Origin: an uncultured Collinsella sp.
Lineage (GTDB): Bacteria > Actinomycetota > Coriobacteriia > Coriobacteriales > Coriobacteriaceae
Assembly (NCBI GenBank): GCA_958420205.1
Contig: CATZIX010000007.1
Span: 63,490 to 127,489 of the forward strand
DNA: 64,000 bases
Direction of reading: 5' to 3'
The first letter of the stretch is position 1. Every line of letters begins with the position of its first letter. The notes beneath the pieces are model-generated. The model made no database searches. It saw only the letters and a program-made list of their open reading frames with translations, and was not told the DNA's origin. The position numbers and the translations under genes were made by a program. This document shows positions 57,171-64,000 of the stretch, piece by piece.

Positions 57171-57836
57171 ATGCCACGCGAGACCAATGCCGCCAAGCGC
57201 GAGCGCGCCATCGAGGTGTGCGAGCGTCTCAACCGTCGCTATGGCCCGGTCGAGTGTTTTCTGGATCACGAGAATCCCTTCCGCCTGCTGATCGCGGTGC
57301 TGCTCTCGGCGCAAACGACCGACGCGCAGGTCAACAAGGTGACGCCGAGGCTGTTTGCCCAGTGGCCCACGCCCGAGGCCATGGCCGGGGCGAGCGTGGC
57401 TGACGTGGCAGACACCATCAAGTCACTCGGCTTCTACAAGAGCAAGGCCAAGCATGCCGTGGAGGCCGCGCAGATGATCGTCGCCGACTATGGCGGCGAG
57501 GTGCCGGCCGACATGAAGGAACTCGTGAAGCTGCCGGGCGTGGGACGCAAGACGGCGAACATCGTGCTCAACGTGGGGTATGGCATCGTGGAGGGCATTG
57601 CGGTGGACACGCACGTCAACCGCATTGCGCACCGCCTGATGCTGAGTCCCAAGATGCATGCCAAGGAGCCGCTCAAGACCGAGCAGGATCTGCTCAAGAT
57701 TTTGCCGCACGAGTATTGGGAGTCGGTCAACCATCAGTGGATCACCTTCGGTCGCGAGATCTGCGACGCCCGCAAACCCAAGTGTGACGAGTGTCCGCTG
57801 GCAGATTTGTGCCCCAGCGTGCGCGTAGCGGGGTAG
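57171..57836 (+). CDS. nth: endonuclease III
   Basis: LIAVLLSAQTTD, LPGVGRKTANIVL and the Fe-S loop CDARKPKCDECPLADLC. The ATG follows GAGGAG. Confidence 0.92.
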   Translation: MPRETNAAKRERAIEVCERLNRRYGPVECFLDHENPFRLLIAVLLSAQTTDAQVNKVTPRLFAQWPTPEAMAGASVADVADTIKSLGFYKSKAKHAVEAAQMIVADYGGEVPADMKELVKLPGVGRKTANIVLNVGYGIVEGIAVDTHVNRIAHRLMLSPKMHAKEPLKTEQDLLKILPHEYWESVNHQWITFGREICDARKPKCDECPLADLCPSVRVAG

Positions 57837-57993
57837 GGCGGAACACATCTTCGTCTGGCGTTTTTTGCGGGGCTGGGTCTGCCCTTGAGCCGGAGTCCTC
57901 TCCATGCGCTACCATGACAGACAATGTATTTGACGTACGACCCGCCGAGCTTGCCCCGGCGGGCTTTTGGCGTTGCAATGCCGGAGGAACAGC

Positions 57994-60900
57994 ATGCTCA
58001 TTCACCGTATAGCCGCGCAGCTCTACACTGCCGAGGCGCTGCAGACCGTCGAGGCCGGCCTCGATGCCGGCGAGGATGTGACGCTGGCTGTGTCGCAGTC
58101 GGGCCGCACGCTTATGGCGGCCGCCCAGTTTGCGCGCCGCCCGCGTCCCACGGTCTACATTGTGAGTGGCGAGGATGCGGCCGATCGCGCCGCGCGCAGC
58201 CTTGCCGCCTACGTGGGCCTAGCGCACGTGTGCCGTTTTCCCGAGCGCAAGGACTATCCGTGGCGCGAGCAGGCGCCCGACGATGCCGTGGTGGCGCAGC
58301 GCTGCGAGGCACTGGGACGCATCGTGCGCGGAGACAATTGCATCATGGTCGCCTCGGCTCGCGCGCTGCTGCGTTGCGTGCCGCCGGTCGAGAGCCACTA
58401 TTGGGAGTCCACGACCTTTGCGGTGGGCGAGGAGATTCCCTTTGACGAGGTGCCGCAGCGCCTGGTGGGCATGGGCTACACCAATGCCGGTGCCGCCGAT
58501 GCGCCCGGTCTGTTCCGCGTTCACGGCGACACCGTCGAGGTGTTTCCCGCACAAGAGAAAGCGCCCGTGCGCATTGAGTTTTTCGGCGACGAGATCGATC
58601 GCATCCGCCGCATGGTGAGCTCAACGGGGCAGACCATCGGCAACGAGGACAGTATCGAGATTTTCCCGTGCCGTGAGCTGGCGCTTACCGACGAGGCCGT
58701 CCACAACATGCATGTGGCGCTCTACCGCGCCAGCCAGGACGACAGCAAGTTGGCGGCGCTGCTCGAGATGGTGGATGCGCGCATCGTCACGCCCGAACTC
58801 GACCGCTTTTTGCCGGTGATGTACGGCCAGACCGTGAGCCCGCTGGCGCACGTGAGCGGCAAGGCGCTCGTGGTTCTGTCCGAGCCGCGCTCGCTGTTCG
58901 ACGACTGTCTGCGCGCCTACGAGGATATCGAGGCCCGTGCCGGCGAGGCGGGGATTGACCGACTGGATGGCCTATATGTACGTGCTCAGCAGCTCGACTT
59001 TGGTTCCCAGCAACGCCTGAACTATGTGAGCCTCATCCGTGCCGGCGGTGCGGTGACGGCCGAGCTCAAGATTGAGCAGCCTGCCATCGCAGGCTCGGAC
59101 AACCGTTTCATGACGCGCATCCAGGAGGTCGTGGGCAAGCGCTATGCCTGCGTGTTTGCCATCCCCGACCGTGGTGCGCGCGAGTCGATGGAGCTCACCT
59201 TTGGTGACGAGGGCATTACCTTTGAGGAATCGCTGACCGCGGCGCCCGAAAATGCCGGCGCTATCGGCGACCGCGTGCGCGTGGCGGCGGCGGATTCCGC
59301 CGACCGTGCCGCACGCCAGGAAGCCCGTGCTTCCATTCGCGAGCGTAAGGCAGATGCGCTCAACGCCCGCTCGCTCGAGGCGGGCGCCGCGCAGGCTGCC
59401 GCCGGCGCCGCCGTGCCCACCATCTCGCGCGGGCGTGTGACCTTTGTGGACGCGGCCCTGCCGCAGGGCGTGGTCGTGCCCGACGCCAATTTGGCCGTGT
59501 TCTCGATCGCCGACCTCAACGCCCGCATGGATGCCAACCGCGCGCGCAGCCGCCGCAAGGTTGACATTACGCAGATCACCTTCCCGTTTAAGCCGGGCGA
59601 CTACGTGGTGCACGCTACCCACGGCATCGCGCTCTTTAGCGAGATCGCGCGCCAGGAAGTGGGCGGCAAGGAACGCGACTACTTTTTGCTGGAATACGCC
59701 GATGGCGACAAGCTCTACGTGCCGTTGGAGCAGGTCGACCGCATTACGCGCTACGTTGGTCCCGACGGCGATAAACCGCGTCTGACCAGACTCAACACCG
59801 CCGACTGGACGCGGGCTACCAACAAGGCGCGCAAGAATGCCAAAAAGCTGGCGTTTGACCTGGTCGACCTGTATACGCGCCGCTCGTCGATTACCGGTAT
59901 CGCCTGTCCGCCCGATACGCCCGAGCAGATTGAGATGGAGGAGAGCTTCCCCTACGACGAGACGCGCGACCAGCTGGAGGCAATCGCCGACATCAAGGCC
60001 GACATGGAGGCGCCCAAGCCCATGGACCGCCTGCTGTGCGGCGACGTGGGCTTTGGCAAGACCGAGGTCGCCCTGCGCGCGGCGTTTAAGTGCGTGGACT
60101 CCGGCCGCCAGGTCATGGTGCTCTGTCCCACGACCATTCTGGCCCAACAGCACTACGAGACTTTCTTTGAGCGCTTTGCCCCGTTTGGCCTGGAGGTCGA
60201 GGTGCTCAGCCGCTTCCGTACCCCGGCGCAGCAAAAGCGTGCGCTTAAGGCGTTTGCCGAGGGCACGATTGATGTGCTCATCGGCACGCACCGTCTGCTT
60301 TCTGCCGATGTGAACCCCAAGAACCTGGGCATGGTGATCATCGACGAGGAGCAGCGCTTTGGCGTGCAACACAAGGAACAGCTCAAAAACCTGCGCGAGC
60401 AGATCGACGTGCTCACGCTTTCGGCCACGCCGATTCCGCGAACCATGCAGATGGCAACGAGCGGCGTGCGCGACATGAGCCTGATCACGACGCCGCCGAC
60501 CGGGCGCCGCCCCGTAATCGTGCACGTGGGAGAGTACGACCCCGACGTGGTGAGCGCGGCGATTCGCCTGGAGGTGGGCCGCGGCGGTCAGGTGTACTAC
60601 GTGTCCAACCGCGTCAAGACCATCGACGACGCCGTGGCGCGCGTGCACGAGGCCGCGCCCGAGGCGCGCGTGGGCGTGGCGCACGGCAAGATGAGCCCGC
60701 GCGAGGTCGAGGATGTGATGATCGAGTTCGCGACCAAAAAGATCGACGTGCTCATCGCCACGACCATCGTGGAGAGCGGCATCGACAACGCGACCGCCAA
60801 CACGCTCATCATCGAGGACTCGCAGCGCCTGGGTCTGGCACAGCTCTACCAGCTCAAGGGCCGTGTGGGCCGCTCTGCCACGCAGGCCTACGCGTACTTT

Positions 60901-61626
60901 ATGTTCCCGGGCGAGCTGCCGCTCACCGAGGAGGCGACGGCGCGCCTGACCGCACTTTCCGAGTTCCAGGACCTGGGCAGCGGCATGCGCATCGCCATGC
61001 GCGACCTGGAGATTCGCGGTGCCGGCTCGCTTATGGGAGCCGAGCAGCACGGCAACCTGTCGAGCGTGGGCTTTGACCTGTTTACGCAGATGCTGGGCCA
61101 GGCCGTGGCTGAGGCGCGCGGCGATGACGACGCCGGCGTGGAGGCGGCGAGCGTGGGTATTAACCTGCCGGCCGACTACTTCTTGTCCGAGGAGTACCTG
61201 CCGGCGGTGGATCAGCGCGTGCTCGTGTACCGTAAGCTCGCAGCGGCCGAGGACCTAGAGAGCATCGATGAGGTGCAGGAGGAGACCGAGGCTGCGCATG
61301 GCGAGCTGCCGCTGGCGGGACTCAACCTGTTCAATCGCGCACGAATCCGCATTCGCGGCGAGCGCCTGGGGCTCGAGAGCGTCACGCTCAGCGGCGGCCG
61401 CATCACGTTTTTGGGCGTCGACGTGCCCAAGAAGGTGGCCTTTGAACTTAAGACCCGCTATGGCGCGGTGAACTTCCCCAAGAGCCGCAAGCTGTCGGTG
61501 CCCTACAAGGCGGGCGCCGGTGCGGGCAGCGGCCTGGGTCGCGGCCTCGACGCCAACGACGGCACCGGCCCGGTGACGGCGGCGCTCATGCTGCTGCAAC
61601 AGCTGGGTGCTAGTGATGATGACTAA
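57994..61626 (+). CDS. mfd: transcription-repair coupling factor
   Basis: The CarD/TRCF RNAP-interaction region is GDYVVHATHGIA. The SF2 helicase motifs are GDVGFGKTEVA, IIDEEQRFG and SATPIPRT, followed by a TRCF C-terminal domain. The ATG follows GGAGGA. Confidence 0.93.
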   Translation: MLIHRIAAQLYTAEALQTVEAGLDAGEDVTLAVSQSGRTLMAAAQFARRPRPTVYIVSGEDAADRAARSLAAYVGLAHVCRFPERKDYPWREQAPDDAVVAQRCEALGRIVRGDNCIMVASARALLRCVPPVESHYWESTTFAVGEEIPFDEVPQRLVGMGYTNAGAADAPGLFRVHGDTVEVFPAQEKAPVRIEFFGDEIDRIRRMVSSTGQTIGNEDSIEIFPCRELALTDEAVHNMHVALYRASQDDSKLAALLEMVDARIVTPELDRFLPVMYGQTVSPLAHVSGKALVVLSEPRSLFDDCLRAYEDIEARAGEAGIDRLDGLYVRAQQLDFGSQQRLNYVSLIRAGGAVTAELKIEQPAIAGSDNRFMTRIQEVVGKRYACVFAIPDRGARESMELTFGDEGITFEESLTAAPENAGAIGDRVRVAAADSADRAARQEARASIRERKADALNARSLEAGAAQAAAGAAVPTISRGRVTFVDAALPQGVVVPDANLAVFSIADLNARMDANRARSRRKVDITQITFPFKPGDYVVHATHGIALFSEIARQEVGGKERDYFLLEYADGDKLYVPLEQVDRITRYVGPDGDKPRLTRLNTADWTRATNKARKNAKKLAFDLVDLYTRRSSITGIACPPDTPEQIEMEESFPYDETRDQLEAIADIKADMEAPKPMDRLLCGDVGFGKTEVALRAAFKCVDSGRQVMVLCPTTILAQQHYETFFERFAPFGLEVEVLSRFRTPAQQKRALKAFAEGTIDVLIGTHRLLSADVNPKNLGMVIIDEEQRFGVQHKEQLKNLREQIDVLTLSATPIPRTMQMATSGVRDMSLITTPPTGRRPVIVHVGEYDPDVVSAAIRLEVGRGGQVYYVSNRVKTIDDAVARVHEAAPEARVGVAHGKMSPREVEDVMIEFATKKIDVLIATTIVESGIDNATANTLIIEDSQRLGLAQLYQLKGRVGRSATQAYAYFMFPGELPLTEEATARLTALSEFQDLGSGMRIAMRDLEIRGAGSLMGAEQHGNLSSVGFDLFTQMLGQAVAEARGDDDAGVEAASVGINLPADYFLSEEYLPAVDQRVLVYRKLAAAEDLESIDEVQEETEAAHGELPLAGLNLFNRARIRIRGERLGLESVTLSGGRITFLGVDVPKKVAFELKTRYGAVNFPKSRKLSVPYKAGAGAGSGLGRGLDANDGTGPVTAALMLLQQLGASDDD

Positions 61627-61706
61627 CGAGTAGGGGACGTGGCGGGACGAAGTCATCTTTGTCCCGCCATGTTGCAGGTTGATTCCAGGCCCATCGAAAG
61701 GAAAGC

Positions 61707-62570
61707 ATGTTCGGATACATCTATAAGAAAGATGTCGCCATTATCGCGGTTGTCCTGTGTCTTTGTCTGGGCGCGGGCAGTTTCTTCGATTATCAGATCT
61801 CGAGCGCGCTGTTCAATATCGGCAGCATGTACGGTCGCTTTATCGAGGCCGCCGGCGAGCTGCCGTTCGAGCTGACGGCGAGCATCGCGGGCGTTATGCT
61901 CGTGCGCGCGGTGCGTCCCGACTCCAGGGGGAGCAAATGGCTCGCCGTGCTCGGCATCCTCGTCAACATTGGCCTGGCCGGCTACGAGATCGTTTCGTCC
62001 CTGCGGGTTGGCGGCAAACTCATCGCGGTTCAGTTGGTGCTGACGTTTGTGCTGGTCATCGCCGCTAACCTTGTCGTCTATCGCCTCACGCGCACGACCG
62101 AGCCCGACGAGCTCACGCGCTGGGCATTGATGGTGCTTGTCGTGTGGGTCGCTCAGGCCATCATCCTCAACGTGATTGTCAAGCCGCTGTGGTCGCGCCC
62201 ACGCATGCGCGTGATCGAGGTGACGCAGGGACTCGAGTTTCAGCCGTGGTGGGTGATCGGCAACCCCGACAAGTGGGCCTATATTGCCGCCGGCGTGATC
62301 AAGGACGGCTTTAAGTCGTTTGCGAGCGGACACACGGCGCACGCGGCAATCGGCCTCATGCTCGCGGGGCTTCCCGCGACGGCCTTTAAGGAAAAGCCGT
62401 CGCGCCGTCGTGTGGTCTTTTGGACGGCGGCTGTGGTCGCGGCGCTCGTCGCGTTTGGCCGCATCGTGATTGGAGCACACTTTTTGAGTGACGTGAGCTG
62501 CGGTTTTGCTCTGGTATTGGCACTTGAGTGCCTTGCCGCGCGCATTGCCTATCCCAGCGGCGTACAATAG
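61707..62570 (+). CDS. PAP2-family membrane phosphatase
   Basis: The acid phosphatase motifs are KPLWSRPRMR, SGHTAHAA and GRIVIGAHFLSDV. The protein is polytopic. Confidence 0.82.
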   Translation: MFGYIYKKDVAIIAVVLCLCLGAGSFFDYQISSALFNIGSMYGRFIEAAGELPFELTASIAGVMLVRAVRPDSRGSKWLAVLGILVNIGLAGYEIVSSLRVGGKLIAVQLVLTFVLVIAANLVVYRLTRTTEPDELTRWALMVLVVWVAQAIILNVIVKPLWSRPRMRVIEVTQGLEFQPWWVIGNPDKWAYIAAGVIKDGFKSFASGHTAHAAIGLMLAGLPATAFKEKPSRRRVVFWTAAVVAALVAFGRIVIGAHFLSDVSCGFALVLALECLAARIAYPSGVQ

Positions 62571-62615
62571 CTCCGTTTGAATCATCTGGCCGATACCCGG
62601 TAAGAGAGGATTGCC

Positions 62616-63641
62616 ATGCTCGCGTTCAACAACGACTATTCCCACGGCGCACACCCAGCGGTGCTGCAGGCGCTCGTCGACACCAATATGGAGCCGCAGC
62701 CCGGCTACGGTACCGATGCACATACCGAGCGTGCCAAGCAACTTATTCGCGAGGCCTGCCAGGCGCCTGACGCCGACGTGTTTTTCCTGGTGGGCGGCAC
62801 GCAGGCTAACGCGACGGTGATCGACATGCTGCTTGCGCCGTACGAGGGCGTCGTTGCTGCCGAGACTGGCCACGTTGCCTGCCACGAGGCGGGCGCCATC
62901 GAGTTTGGCGGCCACAAGGTGCTCACCATCCCCGGCTACGAGGGCAAGATGCACGCCGAGGACCTCGAGAACTATATCCAGGTGTTCTACGAAAACGAGA
63001 GCTACGAGCACACGGTGTTCCCGGGTGCCGTGTACGTGAGCCTATCGACCGAGTACGGCACGCTGTACTCCAAGGCCGAGCTCGCGGCGATTCACGCAGT
63101 GTGCCAGAAGCGCGAGATTCCGCTGTTTGTGGATGGCGCCCGCCTGGCCTATGCGCTGGCGGCCGATGAGTGCGACATTACCCTGCCCGAGCTGGCGCAG
63201 CTGTGCGACGTGCTCTACATCGGCGGCACCAAGTGCGGCGCGCTCTGCGGCGAGGCTGTGGTGTTCTGCGGCATGCGCGCCCCGGCGCATCCCATTCCGC
63301 GTATTAAGCAGCACGGCGCGCTGTTGGCCAAGGGCCGCCTGACGGGCGTGCAGTTTGAGGCGCTCTTTACCGACGGCCTGTATTTTGAGATTGGCCGTCA
63401 GGCGATCGAAACCGCGCAGGCGCTTCGTCGCGTGCTGCACGAGCACGGCTACCGGTTCTTCTTGGAGACGCCGACTAACCAGCAGTTCGTGATTCTGCCC
63501 AACGAGGACATGGCGCGCATTCGCGAGCATGCGGCGATCGAGTACTGGGAAAAGTACGACGAGACCCACACGGTGGTGCGCTTTTGCACCAGCTGGGCCA
63601 CGACGCAGGAGGATATCGACGCGTTGGCGGCTGTCCTGTAG
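62616..63641 (+). CDS. ltaE: low-specificity threonine aldolase / beta-eliminating lyase family PLP enzyme
   Basis: FNNDYSHGAHP..., GTQANA, DGARL, and GGTKCG as the PLP-Lys context. Confidence 0.8.
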   Translation: MLAFNNDYSHGAHPAVLQALVDTNMEPQPGYGTDAHTERAKQLIREACQAPDADVFFLVGGTQANATVIDMLLAPYEGVVAAETGHVACHEAGAIEFGGHKVLTIPGYEGKMHAEDLENYIQVFYENESYEHTVFPGAVYVSLSTEYGTLYSKAELAAIHAVCQKREIPLFVDGARLAYALAADECDITLPELAQLCDVLYIGGTKCGALCGEAVVFCGMRAPAHPIPRIKQHGALLAKGRLTGVQFEALFTDGLYFEIGRQAIETAQALRRVLHEHGYRFFLETPTNQQFVILPNEDMARIREHAAIEYWEKYDETHTVVRFCTSWATTQEDIDALAAVL

Positions 63642-63659
63642 CCTGATGTAATGACGGGG

Positions 63660-63702
63660 GGCCGCCTTGCGCTGGGTTTGGCGCAAGGCGGCCTCTGTTT
63701 TT
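63660..63702 (+). terminator. rho-independent terminator GGCCGCCTTGCGC-TGGGTTTG-GCGCAAGGCGGCC-TCTGTTTTT
   Basis: A 13-bp perfect stem followed by a T-run after ltaE. Confidence 0.8.
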
Positions 63703-63718
63703 GAGGGGGAAGGGTTGT

Positions 63719-64000
63719 ATGACCGAGATGTCCGAGCCGACGATTCGCCTGGCGACGCCCGATGATGCGCCGGCGTTGCTTGCCATCTATGAGCCGTATG
63801 TGCGCCAGACGGCGATTACCTGCGAATACGAGGTGCCGAGCGTTGAGGAGTTCGCCGGGCGTATTGAGCGTACGCTCAAGCGCTATCCGTATTTGGTGAT
63901 GGAGTTGGACGGGCGTCCGGTAGGCTATGCCTACGTGAGTCCGCTTAACAGCCGCGAGGCATACGACTGGTCGGTCGAGACGTCGATCTACCTGGCACGC
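63719..64000 (+). CDS. GNAT-family N-acetyltransferase (phosphinothricin acetyltransferase-like), 3' end outside the window
   Basis: MTEMSEPTIRLATPDDAPALLAIYEPYVRQTAITCEYEVPSVEEF...GYAYVSP resembles PAT/GNAT N-termini. The frame is open to the window end. Confidence 0.7.
   Translation, partial: MTEMSEPTIRLATPDDAPALLAIYEPYVRQTAITCEYEVPSVEEFAGRIERTLKRYPYLVMELDGRPVGYAYVSPLNSREAYDWSVETSIYLAR

Overview
High-GC actinobacterial chromosome segment. It looks like an anaerobic Coriobacteriia-type organism, inferred only from gene content (PFOR, rubrerythrin, carbamate kinase) and from the fhaA-fhaB-pstP-rodA/pbpA-pknB cluster. From left to right the window holds seven blocks. (1) The right end of an integrative mobilizable element (MobC, DnaB-like ATPase, HTH, tyrosine integrase), ending in tandem tRNA-3'-end-like att repeats. 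(2) The conserved Ser/Thr-phosphosignalling and cell-wall operon, here with an in-frame SEDS-bPBP fusion and an extra upstream kinase. (3) dnaX-ybaB-recR. (4) A secreted protein, kinase and FHA protein operon. (5) A roughly 6.2 kb visibly AT-richer island, bracketed by ~530 bp direct repeats that duplicate the 3' half of the FHA gene. (6) Central metabolism and transport genes (nifJ/PFOR, arcC, APC permease, amidohydrolase), plus two paralogous LytS/LytTR systems. (7) tRNA-Asp, Rrf2, rubrerythrin, rmuC, an ABC exporter, nth, mfd, PAP2 and ltaE. The most interesting locus is the island. It carries a radical SAM/SPASM maturase followed by two short Cys/Asp-rich precursor peptides that share an MKHIHP leader. 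One precursor is 59 aa and absent from the ORF track; the other needs a GTG start. A 35-aa hydrophobic ORF follows them, a convergent ABC exporter lies opposite, and a decayed SAM-methyltransferase sits at the left edge. The precursor cores show repeated Cys-X2-5-Asp spacing, which suggests a ranthipeptide-like (Cys-Asp thioether) RiPP. Several families of long palindromic intergenic repeats are also present. Many long ORFs in the track are antisense mirror artefacts of high-GC genes and were not called.
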